DNA of 64,000 nt, taken from assembly GCF_039654945.1 (NCBI RefSeq), contig NW_027361683.1, forward strand, positions 11,842,001-11,906,000. Direction: 5' to 3'. The stretch comes from Dendrobates tinctorius. Taxonomy: Eukaryota. This document shows positions 37,971 through 53,500 of the stretch, piece after piece (positions within the stretch are counted from its first letter, which is position 1; the number at the start of each line of letters is the position of its first letter). Both the position numbers and the translations under genes were made by a program. Below the pieces are notes generated by a model. That model saw only the letters and a list, made by a program, of their open reading frames with translations. It was not told the DNA's origin and did not search any database.

Positions 37971-38601
37971 TGCAGCCCAAATGTTCTTTTTTGGAAGTTG
38001 TCTTAATGTCCATCCATTACAATCCAAACCCATTTTGTTCTGGAAATCATGTTTACTCCTCCTGCTTCTGCAACAAGTACTTAGTATTCATCTATGTATA
38101 CCCCCACTTGGCTAATGTTTTAAAATTTGGAAATCATTGTGCAATGGTGAAAATTGTACTCCCTATCTCTAGCATTTATGATAACTGCAAATTTTATTGT
38201 GAGGTCCCCATCACAGTCTCTTTTAGCGTATATGATACAGACCCCTTGGTTAATTTTTGTAAACCTTTGTATATTTCTTTGTATATTGTGCAATTGTGAA
38301 ACTTGTACTCCCTATCTCTACCAATTATAGTAACCGCAGAATTTATTGTGAAGTCCCAGTCACGGTCTATTTCGGAATGTATGATACAGACCCCTTGGGT
38401 AATTTTTGGAAACCTTTGTACGTTGTGCAATTGTGAAACTTATACACCCTATCTCTATGAATTGCAATAACTGAAAAATTGATTGTTAGGTCCTCATCAC
38501 AATCTCTTTATGCGTGTATGATACAGATCCCTTGGGTAATTTTTCAGAACCTTTGTTTATTGTGCAATAGTGAAACTTGAACTCCCTATCCATAGCAATT
38601 A

Positions 38602-40222
<1,621 letters not shown>

Positions 40223-41261
40223 TATATTGCAAAATTTATCGTGAGGTCCCCTTCACGGTCTCTTTTGGAGTGTATGATACAGACCCCTTGGGTAATTTTT
40301 GGAAACCTTTGTTCATTGTGCAATGGCAAAACTTGTACTCCCTAACTCTGGCAATTATGATAACTGCAAAATTTATTGTGAAGTCCCCGTCATGCTCTCT
40401 TTCGGCAAGTATGATACAGACCCTTGGATAATTTTGGAAACCTTTGTACATTGTTCAGTGGTCAAATTTCTGCTCTCAATCTCTATATATTCTATTATAA
40501 TTTTTTTTTATTGTGGTGCCCTTCTCATGGTCTCTTTAAGTGTGTATCTGGGAGTGTGATGTTGGTTTTTGGATCTGCAATTGGAAATTGTGGAACATCA
40601 ATGCATTAATATGCTCCACACAATTCAGGTTTCAGCCTTACACAAAATAATAATATGAGTAATGAAACATTCTCTATATAAATGCAGCTGGTTTGAAAAT
40701 CTTATCCACACATCCCATTATAAAGATAAATTCGGCATAATACCTCTGTTAGTATAAGCCCCCAAGGAGAAACACAAGCAAAATGCGCATTGGGGTTGGG
40801 GTAGACGCATGCCACTCGGCGTCCATGTTCCCAGCAGCATGGACCCATGTAACATTTACACAGCCTATTTTGATTCACAAATGTGTACTGCTAATAAGAT
40901 GTTTGTTTACCTTGATGACTAAAAAGAGACTAGGATATAATGGATATCTTTTCCTATGTTAAATTGAGCATAATGATATTGCATGTTACTATTAGAACAT
41001 AGGTTACTGTCTGAAATACCATTTTACCAAATGAAATTTGCACACCTCTGCACTGGCACTTTAAATACTTGCATTTGTATCATATCTGCTGAAGTCAGTC
41101 TCTGAAGGACACCAAGGCATTTCTTTAATACTCAGGATATTTATGTATATTGCTAAGAATATTTTCTGTGGGTTAGGCAAATGTGTATCCCCACTTTCAT
41201 AGTGATGTCTGCAAGTTTGTCTGGGCTCCATGCAGATATGAGACTTCTACTTTTAATATAA

Positions 41262-41658
41262 AGGTACTGTCACACTTAGCGATGTACCAGCGATCCCGAC
41301 CAGCGATATGACGCGGTCAGGATCGCTGGTACATCGCTAAGTGGTCGCTAGTGAGCTGCCACACAGGCAGATCTCACCAGCGACATCGCTGGGGAGGGGG
41401 GTCACTACTTACCTGTCACAGTAGGCAATCCTGCGTCCTCCCGCCCGGCTCCACGCTCGTCGCTCGTCTCTCCACAGGAAGCGCCGCAGGAAGCTGTCGA
41501 CGAGAAGCAGTCCAGGACGTTCTCGCGCGATCAGCGATAACCAGCGGGGGAGCAGGTCGTAGGTAAGTATCAGACACAGCGATATCGCTAGCAATATCGC
41601 TATAACGTCACAAGTTATAGCGATATTGCTAGCGATATCGCTTAGTGTGACAGTACCT
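41262..41658. mobile_element. PIF/Harbinger-type MITE
   Basis: TIR AGGTACTGTCACAC(T)TAGCGAT / ATCGCTTAGTGTGACAGTACCT, with a 3-bp TAA TSD. Confidence 0.8.
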
Positions 41659-42255
41659 TAAATCTAACCAGAGTTATCTTTCTATGCAATTTGATCATAA
41701 TGCAAGGTATTTAACCTTATCTAAGACAGGGTGTAGGCATTGGTGTCCTAGTTCTGTAGCTTTTCCCCCCATTTGAGTTCCATGGTTTTGACCACCCCTT
41801 TTAAATAGTAAGTTATTCTGTGATTGTCAAATTTTCTATTTTGAAATAAATTATTTTGTATTTTATCTTGTGACTGTTTGACACTCTTGATCTGTATGTT
41901 TGTAAGGTTTCCGGATGTTCCATTGTGCCTGTTTTGCCTTCGTCCAAGATGGAGTCTGGTACTTTGCCCTGTCCTTGAACTTCCTATCAGTCCTGGTTTT
42001 TTAAGGGAACCTGTCACCCCCCCCCCCAGGGCCTATTAAAGAAAAAGAGCCACATTCAGCAGTACTAAGGCTGCATTCTTTGAAGGTGGCTCTTTGGTTT
42101 ATTATCCCTTTGAACGCTGAAATAATCACTTTTATAAATTTCCTGCCATATCTCTATTAAGTCAGGGAGGTATATTTTCTCCTCTTGACTCAACTGCCTC
42201 ACAGCCATCCATCATCCCCTTCTGGGCTCCGTGTGCCGCCTCCTCTCTTTCTGGT

Positions 42256-45200
42256 CTAGAAAGATAGCGTGCACTCGAGTCTTAGTAATGAGGTGCAGGT
42301 GTAATGGACCAATAGGTCCTATTACCAATAATAATATAGATTCACCGCACACTCAGAGGAATATAATGCCAACAAGTGTTCATTTTATTATGTACAAAAC
42401 ATGTGGGAGCCAAAAAAGAATATAGAGCACTAGATGGAAGCGATATACATATAACGACGTTTCGGCTCAGCCCGAGCCTTTATCAGTTTATCGCTGCAAA
42501 TAAAGAAAGATACATCAAAATATATACAGAGACAAAAAACAAATGCAGAAAAAATAGAAGAGAGAATATACAACACCAAATGAACATCACATTATCCAAA
42601 TATAATACAGTGATAAAAACACATATATATGTAGAGACGGTGGCGGGCTGAGCTGGGGGGTGATAGGGGGGTGGTCCCACTTCTTACCGCGCAGAGATGA
42701 CAACAGAGACACGATGGAGGCAGATTCTGGGTGCAACAGGTCCAAGTTTATTTCTTCACTTGCCGTCCGACTGACGGCACACCTCGCGGCCCTCCGTTTC
42801 CAGAGCCGCTTCTCACACCGTACACTGGAGACGTGTCTGCACACACCGTCCCCTCCTTTACTGTCGACGCTCCTGACAGTTCCGTCACTGTGGCCGCCTT
42901 AGGCCCATTAACCAACAGCGCTTCTACTGCTCAGTCGTCGTGTCACATACGGTGTCTTACACCCAGTACCTCGTCTCAACTGCGGTCCTTTCTTGTCAGG
43001 ACCACCCCCCCTGACGTCCTCTCTCCTCAGTCCCCCTGGTCTGGATTCTCCTCAGAGTGCACAGACTGTCGTAGTCCTCCTGTCACTTGAGCTCCCCCTG
43101 GGGACTGGAACTTTCTGGAACCCTCCCTCAGTATTTATAACTCCCCCGGTTCCTTGAAACTGTCACTCTAACTGTCACCATGCCCCCCATGACCAACGGT
43201 TTCTAAAGCCCTAAGCTGCTGTAAAGTCCTTTGCTCACACTCCACCCTGCCATCTAATGGTCATCCCAAGGTACTGCACGTCCACTACACTTTCCTAGTT
43301 GTTTCCCCACTGTAATCACTGACTCCTACCTACACTGTGCAAACCTATCTTTCTTCACTCTGACTAGTCCATCCGTCCGTCAGGTCACCTTCCCTACACT
43401 CCCCCTTCCTTTGTCCATTGTCGTCCTCGACAATCGTCATCCCTGCCTTCGTCGTTCTGAATCTACACCTACATTCTGTTGTCGGACCAGAAGTTGAGCC
43501 AAACCCACTATCTGCGGGGGCCGAACCATACTGGGAGCACTATGCTCTGAGCAGCCTACTGCTACTCACCAGCACGCACGCCACATGACAACGTCTTTCA
43601 AATTGGGCAAGGTACACCCGTATTCTCTCTACGGCGTGTATCTTTCCCCTACTCTCCCCTACTGTTACCTTTCACTATCCGGTATGCCATGATCGAGGCC
43701 ACTCACCTACCAGATCATTGCCGGCGCCCGCCTTTCCTTCTTCAGGGGTGTCCGTGGTGTTGGGGACCTGACCTAGGATGGCTGTCTTTCTCACATCTTC
43801 CAACTCATTTTCCTTCTTTCAATTACATGTCATGGTCGGCGTCCCGGTCTCCCAGACCTCCTCAACTCTTAGATCCCTACCGGATCTCACACTTTCCTTT
43901 GGTCCCGCAGACCTTCCCTTACCCGGACCTGTTGCATTTTACTTTGCATATTATACATCATACAACTTTATAATAGCACAAGTACCCCATTTTTATAATT
44001 TTTTTTTCCATTTTCTTTTGCTTTTAAAACCAACATATAACAACATAACATGGCAGATCCTCTTTCTTCCTCCCCCCCTTCCTTGGACCTGGACACTCCT
44101 CCGCTTTTCCGTATCCCCGTTCTGTCAGGTAAACATATTTTTGTATATAAAGAACATAGAAAGAAGAAAGAAAGAGAGAGAGAATAGTTGCATCAGATAA
44201 ACAACAACAAAAACATTTTTTTTTTTTAAATGCAACTGTCCTTATAACCTGCACAACGGTGCATCGAACTCCTGACAGTCTATCCCACTCTCAATGGACA
44301 GAGGTGAGGGCTCCACAGCCGTGGAACTCCTGGGGGAACCGAGAGTGTCCATATCAGTCCTTTTTTCACGGGGGTCCGCTTTGCTCAGGCTCCGCCAGTA
44401 CTGCCACCGCATAATACCCGCGGGGGCAGTATTCTTTATAGAAGGAGATGAAGTCCCCTTCTGCAAGATAGTATAAACGAGCCGTCCCGGGGGTCGTGCA
44501 GCCGCCATGCCAGCCTCTCCCCTCTCATGGAGCAGGTTCCAGACTTCCTGCCCCCTGGCCCTCTTCTTCTCTATAACTCCTGCGACCCAAACAGAGGGTC
44601 CGGCATGAGCCCTGGAGTCCGGTGGGCGGGACTTAACCGAGGAAGGACGTGGATCAGAGGCGGCCAATGATTCCTGCGGCTCAACAGCCGCTGGGGCCAG
44701 GTGGCAAATGGGGACAACCGGGTCCTTGGAGGCTGGAATCACAAGGCCCACTAAGTCGGCCGCAGTCGACTTCAGCAGCGGCATAACCGCGGCCTCAGGA
44801 CAGGCCCCATCCACTACTTCCAATGGAGCCGGAGTAACGGCCGGTTCCAACGACGCAGCTGCCATCAGCAGGGGGAACGCAGCAGCGTCTTCTTTGGATG
44901 ACTTCCGCACTGGCGGCTCCAGGCGGGGTACCTCAGGGACTTGAGCAGGGGCCTCGCACAACTCTGCATACACCACTGGGCCCGATGTACCCAGGCCTTC
45001 CGGTGCGCAGGGGCAGCGTGCTGCGGCGGAATGATGAGGGCCGCTGGCGGAGGCACTGGTGGTGCCGGGGGTACTCTCACCTTCCCCGGCGCTGCGGCCT
45101 CCATCACATCAATACGTGGCTTCACCCGCAGCCTCCGTCCCTCGCTCCACTGTCCCGCGGGTTTTTCCCCTAAACTCGGGGGCTCCGCTGAGAAGTCCTC

Positions 45201-48172
45201 TGCTGGTATTGGTGGCGGCCGTGTTCGCTGACTCCGCTCAGGCTCCGCTCCCCAGCTCAGCATCCCGCTGCTCTCCCGTGGCTCTGAGGGCGACTTCTGG
45301 CACAGCTCCATCCCCTGCCGCCACTGCCACTCTAGGCGGCCGATGCCCCGACACCTGCAGAGTCTCGTACCGTCCGTTGGGCAGCACTCGAATGGCATCA
45401 GACAGCCGCAGCCAAGTTTTTCTTCTGTGCCACTCCCTCTGTGAGGTGAGGTGTCGGCAGGCCTCTCCACCATCCTGTCAGGGTCCAAAATATGGAAGCG
45501 TCGATTTCCAGGCACATACTGCTTCCTTTTGGGGTACGTTGGAGGGGGTCCCAGTCCATTCAACACGACTGCAAACACCCGGACCTCTGCTCTGCGCTGA
45601 AGCAACACCGCCATACTGCACAGTACCTGGTACCGCCCCGGATCCTCTGCTGGCCACACAGATCCGCCACAGCGCTTCCCATTTGTAATCCACAGGTAGG
45701 TCATTTGTAATCCACAGGTAATTGTAATCCAAACAGAGTAGTCCAAGTCCTTTTCCATTCTTTGAGGCAGGTCTGCCGCAGAAGATGGGGTATTAGCGGC
45801 GGCGATCCTGCCGACTACGCCAAATGTAGAGACGGTGGCGGGCCGAGCTGGGGGGTGATAGGGGGGTGGTCCCACTTCTTACCGCGCAGAGATGACAACA
45901 GAGACACGATGGAGGCAGATTCTGGGTGCAACAGGTCCAAGTTTATTTCTTCACTTGCCGTCCGACTGACGGCACACCTCGCGGCCCTCCGTTTCCAGAG
46001 CCGCTTCTCACACCGTACACTGGAGACGTGTCTGCACACACCGTCCCCTCCTTTACTGTCGACGCTCCTGACAGTTCCGTCACTGTGGCCGCCTTAGGCC
46101 CATTAACCAACAGCGCTTCTACTGCTCAGTCGTCGTGTCACATACGGTGTCTTACACCCAGTACCTCGTCTCAACTGCGGTCCTTTCCTGTCAGGACCAC
46201 CCCCCCTGACGTCCTCTCTCCTCAGTCCCCCTGGTCTGGATTCTCCTCAGAGTGCACAGACTGTCGTAGTCCTCCTGTCACTTGAGCTCCCCCTGGGGAC
46301 TGGAACTTTCTGGAACCCTCCCTCAGTATTTATAACTCCCCCGGTTCCTTGAAACTGTCACTCTAACTGTCACCACGCCCCCCATGACCAACGGTTTCTA
46401 AAGCCCTAAGCTGCTGTAAAGTCCTTTGCTCACACTCCACCCTGCCATCTAATGGTCATCCCAAGGTACTGCACGTCCACTACACTTTCCTAGTTGTTTC
46501 CCCACTGTAATCACTGACTCCTACCTACACTGTGCAAACCTATCTTTCTTCACTCTGACTAGTCCGTCCGTCCGTCAGGTCACCTTCCCTACATATACAT
46601 ACAAATTATACTGCTTTCACAGAGAACATGGATGTACGGAACAGGAGGAAAGGCCCAGTAAACTAGTACCATACTAAGTAGAATAAGGGGAATAAGGGAA
46701 AAGAAAAGGATTACCTGAATCCGGTTTCAGATCTTTGAATAGATAGGAAGAGAACTCCCAAGAGAATAGCCCAAGTAAAACGGCTGAAAGGAATTTGTCA
46801 ACATCATAGTAAATAAGAAAAAAAGAAAAATAATAAAAGAATAAAAATAAAAATAAAATAAAATAAAAATATTTTTATTCTTTTATTATTTTTCTATTTT
46901 TCTTATTTACCATTTTTGTTTTTACTGACATTTTGCACATCATGCGCAACACACATAATAATGTGTGGCGTCCTGCATTCTTTTAAGAGCGTTGTTTAAA
47001 AATGGCCATTTTGTGCACATCCTGCATAACGCACATAATACACTTCAGTGCGATGCTAGCACTGATTTAGTTATATTTTGTGTGTATATTTATTTCACTA
47101 TTAATTACACTATTTAGACACTCTGTGGGCAAGTACTCTTACTGCCCTATTTGATGGCATTACCATATGCTTAACCTTTTTTACTATTATTATGATCAGT
47201 AGGAGCATAAGGCTTCTCATTACAAGGATGGTATATATATATTTTTTTTTCCCCATAATGCTGATGCACTATACACCACACACAGACAACCAAACCAGAA
47301 TAACTACGATTACAACTTTATCTATTTTACTAACTATGATGTTGACAAATTCCTTTCAGCCGTTTTACGTGGGCTATTCTCTTGGGAGTTCTCTTCCTAT
47401 CTATTCAAAGATCTGAAACCGGATTCAGGTAATCCTTTTCTTTCCCCCTATTCCCCTTATTCTACTTAGTATGGTACGCTCTTAAAAGGATGCAGGACGC
47501 CACACATTATTATGTGTGTTGCGCATGATGTGCAAAATGTCAATAAAAACAAAATTGGTAAATAAGAAAAATAGAAAAATAATAAAAGAATAAAAATATT
47601 TTTATTTTATTTTATTATTATTTTTATTATTTTATTATTTTTCTATTTTTCTTATTTACTATGATGTTGACAAATTCCTTTCAGCCGTTTTACTTGGGCT
47701 ATTCTCTTGGGAGTTCTCTTCTTATCTATTCAAAGATCTGAAACCGGATTCAGGTAATCCTTTTCTTTTCCCTTATTCCCCTTATTCTACTTAGTATGGA
47801 ACTAGTTTACTGGGCCTTTCCTCCTGTTCCGTACATCCATGTTCTCCATGAAAGCAGTATAATTTGTATGTATATATGTGTTTTTATCACTGTATTATTT
47901 TTGGATAATGTGATGTTCATTTGGTGTTGTATATTCTCTCTTCTGTTTTTTCTGCATTTGTTTTTTGTCTCTGTATATATTTTGATGTATCTTTCTTTAT
48001 TTGCAGCGATAAACTGATAAAGGCTTGGGCTGAGCCGAAACGTCGTTATATGTATATCGCTTCCATCTAGTGCTCTATATTCTTTTTTGGCTCCCACATG
48101 TTTTGTACATAATAAAATGAACACTTGTTGGCATTATATTCCTCTGAGTGTGCGGTGAATCTATATTATTAT
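42256..48172. mobile_element. Fold-back Penelope-like insertion
   Basis: Flanked by the 15-bp direct repeat TCCTCTCTTTCTGGT (42241-42255 / 48173-48187). 42330-42629 plus 46594-46870 is the reverse complement of ~47590-48172. Hammerhead-like motif in both arms. Confidence 0.65.
42630..46593 (-). mobile_element. Young non-autonomous LTR element (769-bp LTRs, tRNA-Ser PBS, PPT, no pol)
   Basis: LTRs 42630-43398 and 45825-46593 (TGTAG...CTACA, about 4 differences). TSD TATA. Minus-strand PBS TGGCGTAGTCGGCAGGAT next to 45825 and a polypurine tract next to 43398. Confidence 0.93.
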
Positions 48173-49222
48173 TCCTCTCTTTCTGGTGACATCACTGGCG
48201 CCTGCGCTCAGCAATCACTTCTTGGGCATACGCCGTGCGTGCTGCCCGGGACCTTACATCAGGTGATGTAAGGATACCGCGCCTGCGTGTAGTGGAGACC
48301 GCAGATCCTGCCCCGCAGTGTGTTATTATGTATTCACACTTTGGGGATGGGAATCTGGCGCCTGCGCAGTGAGGATCTCTGTGCCTGTCCTCAACTCTCT
48401 TATGTTTAGGGATAATAAACATAAGAGCCAACTTCACAGAATGCAGCCTCAGTGCTGCTGAAGGTGGCTCTTTTACTTTAACAGGCCCTGGGGGGGTGAC
48501 AGGTTCCCTTTAAGTCTGGGTCAGGAAAGACTCCTTGCCTGAGTATTTTGTTGCTGGTGGGTTCTGAGCTTCCTCTTGACTTGCTTCTGGAGTTCCTACT
48601 GCTGCTCGTTTACTCTGTGCTCTGCCTCATCATTTCCAGCTGCCTTCAGTCCCCTGTGCTGCTTCCTGATCCTGGCTGTGCTTACCTACTAACCAGACTT
48701 CTAAAGAGTGGAGTCTCACATCTCTGGAACTGCTGTGGTCCGTAAGACTTTTTGATATTATTATGTTCTGAACATTAACTCCAAGACTATGTCTGTGTGG
48801 CTGTGGTGCTGGACTTTAGCGGGTCTTTTTCAGCCCTAAAGGAAGTACTCTGGAAAAACTCCTTGTGGTTCACCATCTTGATTTTACTGGACTTCCTTGA
48901 AAGGTGTCGGCTTCACTGTTTGCGTATTACTGGACTACCAAGTATAAGTGCAGGTCACGCTCTTACTGCATATAATTTCTGGACTTGCTTGCATTAACGG
49001 CCACTAGCATAGCTGCTTAACATTTCTGTTTTGTGCTGTTTTTGCACTTCGCTGTAATTTAAGTAATTCCTCTGTTAGTTTATGTTTACTTTTGCTTTGT
49101 TAATACAGTTTGTTTGTCTCAACTTTGGTCTCAAATTTGTTTATCCCATGCAATGAGACTCCATAGTACCTTCATATATATTACAGGATACCAGGCTATC
49201 AGGACAGGAATCTGCTGGGATA

Positions 49223-52200
49223 ATGACTAATGCAAAGTTGGATCAGTTGTTCTCCATGATTAACTCTTACAAGAGGACATGGAGGCTCTGCAAAACAAGG
49301 TTGCTAACATTTAGTTTCAGACAGACACTTCAGGACTTAAGTAATTAAATAACTGTACAGGCACCTGTACCTCCGGGGCAGCCACTGCCAACTAGCCCAC
49401 CCAAGTTACCGCTATTTAGATTCAATGGAGACCGTTACAAATGTTGTGGGTTTATTAATCAATGTATTTTGTATATTGATGTGCATGTTGCCCACTTTCG
49501 CACAGATCGGTCCAAGGTCCTACGTATAATCATGTTACTTACCTCACGAGCTCTCGCTTGGGCTAATCCGCTTATCGAGACTCGTGACCCACTTTTGAAT
49601 AAATTAGATGATTTTCTAGCTGCAGTGTCTATGATATTTGATGATCCTAATCGTCGCACTACAGCTGAACCTGCATTGTTATTGATACATCAGGGTAAGC
49701 GCTCTGTTATCAAATACACTACGGAATTTAGACGTCTGGCGATGGATACGGTTTGGGTCTGTTATGCTCAATTACCCAACTTTAAGAGAGGACTTTCTAG
49801 CATGGTTAAGGACGCGTTAGCCCATACAGAGACTCCTCAAGAGTTTGAGGCGTTCATACAGCATTGTGTGAGCATTGACATACCTATTACTGAACGTAAA
49901 CAGGAGAAATTTGCAGCATCTAATCGTGTCACTAGCTCTCCCCTTTCTCCTAAAGAACCTGCAGGCAAATCTTCATGGGAAGTGGAATCGGTTCCCATGC
50001 AAGTGGATGCTTTATAGCAGCGTTAGAGTAATGAGCGCAGGGAGCATAGTTTTTGTGAGAGTTTGTGTTTCTACTGCGGCCAATCAGACAATTTCCTGAT
50101 TAACTGTCCCAAGCGGCCTCACAAGGTACTAGCCACGGTAGGGGAGTATGAGGATCAGGAAGCTGAGTCTGTTATTTCTGGGTCCCGTTCTTCTTTGAAT
50201 GCTGTCTATCATTCTCTGTCGGTGACTGCCTCTCCGAAAATAAGGAAGGATAAAGACACGCATTGCTCCCTCCCCATTGAGATCTTGTTGTTGGGAAAAT
50301 GAATCTCCTGTGCAGCTATGGTAGACTCTGGGGCGGGAGATCACTTTATGGACCTAACCTTTGCCAAAGAACATGGCATACAGATTCAACAGGGAGCCAC
50401 CCCAGTAACCATGGAAAAAGTGGATGCTTCCCCTCTAGTTTCACGTGGATCAGGAGACAGTACCTCTGGAGATTTTCATAGAACCCAATTATCAGGAAGT
50501 GCTTTCCTTTATGTTAATTTCTTTGCAACATTTCCCTTTTATTCTAGGAATTCCCTGGCTGCAGTTGCAGAATCCAACCATCAACTGGGAGACCAAGGAG
50601 ACCACCTTTCCACCAAAGAACACACCAGTAACAAGTCAGGCAAGTTCTCTGGATACGAAATGTACCACTAAGGTATAGATGTTACCATCTAATCTATTTA
50701 CAATTAATTTTCAGATATTTGTGATAAGAAAATGGCAGATCAGCTTCCTCCTCACAGATATTATGATTGTCCTATTGAACTACTTCCAGGGGAGGCTATT
50801 CCATTCAAGAATGTCTATCCACTAGCAGCTCCGGAGAGGCAGGCCTTAAAGGTATGCATTGATGAAAATCTGGCCAAGGGTTTCATTCATCCCTCCTCAT
50901 CACCGGCAGGAGCATCCATGTTTTTTTGTAAAATAGATGGATGGAACACTCTTAGACCCTGTATTGATTATCGGGAGCTCAAAAAGGTAACCATTCAGAA
51001 CCAGTATCCTTTGCCGCTAATTCCTGAACTGCTTGAAAGAGTAAGACATGCTAAAATCTTCTCTATGTTGGATCTTCGAGGAGCTTATAACCTGATTTGG
51101 ATTCCCTCTGAGGATGAATGGAAGACAGCATTTAAATGTCGCTATGGGTACTTCGCGTACCTTGTAATTGCTTTCGGTCTCTGCAGCGCCCCGGCAACCT
51201 CCAACACTTGGCTAATGACATTTTTAGAGATCTGTTAGATCCTTTTGTTGTAATTTATTTGGACGATATTTTGATTTTTTCCGATTCATTGCAGGAACAT
51301 CAAGAGCATGTTAAGATTGTTCTATGACGCCTGAAAGAGAATCATCTCTACATCAAGCCTGAGAAATGTGAGTTCCATTGCACAGAGATTCAATTTCTGG
51401 GTTATGTCATCTCGCCACAGGGACTTAACATGGAGGCAAGTAAGATCCAGACTATTCTTGATTGGACTACACCTAAGAATGTTAAAGAGGTACAACGTTT
51501 TATCGGATTCGCTAACTTTTATAGACGGTTTATTCATAATTTCTCTGAGATAGTTTGACCTATTACTCAACTAACTAAGAAGGAAAAGACTTTCTTGTGG
51601 TCTTCACAAGCTCAAGAGGCTTTTGATTGGCTTAAGTCCCATTTCACTTCTGCACCTGTATTAATTCATCCTAACCCAGCACATCCTTTTATCGTGGAAG
51701 TGGACGCTTCGGACTGTGCTCTGGGGGCCATCCTCTCACAGAGAAGAGGAGAGAAAGGTCTGTTACATTCGTCTGCCTTTTTCTCTCTTAGACTTTCTGC
51801 TGCTTAGAAGAATTATGATGTGGTAGATAAAGAGTTTCTAGCCATTATCACTGCATTTAAGGAATGAAGGCACCATCTACAGGGGGCAGAACAGCAAGTC
51901 ATTGTTCTCACGGATCATCGCAATCTGGAATTTCTAAGATCTGCAAGAAGTTTTTCTACACGTCAGGCTCATTGGAGTTTATTTTTGAATCAATTTAATT
52001 TTGTCATTTCGTACCACCCAGGTTCACGTAATGGGAAAGAGGATGCCTTTTCCCAAATCCATGCCACGTATTCTGCACCTAGGGCCCCCTCCAAGACGAT
52101 TTTGTTGGAGTCATCCGGAATAAGGACTTGTGGAAGACTATTAAGGAGGCCTACGACGCTGACCCATTTCTTGCTAACCCGATTGATGATGTGAACTTGG

Positions 52201-53500
52201 TTCTCAAGAATGGTATATGGGTCCGGGATTGACGTTTATACATTCCGGAGGTCGTAAATTTGCAGGTCCTCAAGTTTGTCTATGGCTCCAAGTTGGCTGG
52301 TCATCAAGGGTACTAAAGACACAGGAGTTCCTGAGCCGTTTCTTTTGATGGCCTACCTGTCTGAAGGACATGAAGAACTACGTTCTTTCTTGTGACGCAT
52401 GTATACGCTTTAAGACTCCTCATGTATCACCTACTGGATTACACCAACCTCTACTTGCTTCTTCTCGCCCTTGGGGGTTTATTTCTATGGACCTTATAGT
52501 GGAATTGCCCACCTCTGGGGGAAAGAATTCTATCCTGGTTGTAGTAGATTGCCTTACTAAAGCTGCTCACTTCATTCCTTGTACTGTTCTTGACTCAGCT
52601 AAGGAGACGGTAGATCTGGTCAATCAGAATGTGTTCGGACTGCATGGAGTTCCAGATGAAATCATCTCTGATCGTGGAGTGCAGTTTACTTCCAGATTCT
52701 GGAAGAGATTTTGTTCTGCACTTGGTATCAAAGTCTGTCTATCTTCAGCATATCATCCTCGGACTAATGGGCAGACAGAGTGGACTAATCAGACTCTGGA
52801 GCAGTATCTTCAGTGCTACATCAGCCACTCGCAGGATGACTGGTTGGAGTTACTTCCTCTAGCAGAGTTCTCTTACAATAACTCACAGGGTGCATCTACT
52901 AAAGTAACACCCTTCTTTGCCAACCTGGGTTATCATTCTAGTTTTTTTCCCAGATCTCTGATCGATGCTCCAGTGCCTGCAGTAGATGAGAGGTTGGCGG
53001 TGATGAAACAAAATCTGGAAACTCTGAAGGAATCGCTATCTACTGCACAGGAGAGATACAAAAAAAATCAGCTGATAGGTTCCAAAGACCTCTTCCCATG
53101 TTCAAGGTAGGAGACTCTGTGTGGTTATCCACTAAGAATTTGAAATTGAATATTCCCTCACAGACACTGGGACAAAAATTCATGGGTCTATTCAAGATTT
53201 CTGGTATCGAGAGCTCCGTTGCCTGCCGTCTGAAGTTACCAAAGACTATGAAGCTACATCCTGTTTTCCATGCCTCCTTATTAAAACCTGTTTCTACGAA
53301 TACTTTTCAGGGTCATATTGAGCCTCCTCCTCAGCCTGTGTTGGTGGGGAGATTCTGGAGTCCACAGGAATAAGCTGCATTACCTCATTAAGTAGCAGGG
53401 ATATTCGGCTGAGCAGAACTCTTGGGAGCCTGTGAGTAATATCTGTGCTCCGCAAAAGATTGCTCTGTTTCATCAGAAATATATTGTGAAACCTGGTCTT
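49223..53500 (+). pseudogene. Gypsy gag-pol relic (gag, degenerate Zn knuckle, PR, RT, RH, IN, probable chromodomain)
   Basis: LLTSRALAWANPL (sushi-type gag), [93 protein letters not shown]. Many stops and frameshifts. Confidence 0.95.

Larger units (their letters stand above)
42004..48509. mobile_element. TTAA-targeting (Kolobok/T2-like) MITE inserted in the Gypsy 5' LTR
   Basis: TIR AGGGAACCTGTCACCCCCC / GGGGGGTGACAGGTTCCCT-TTAA, with further subterminal inverted similarity. Absent from the 3' LTR. Confidence 0.85.

Noticed and set aside
49469-50017. Host RTL1/PEG10-like gene
   Set aside because: It is part of a decayed LTR-bounded Gypsy element with a TSD.
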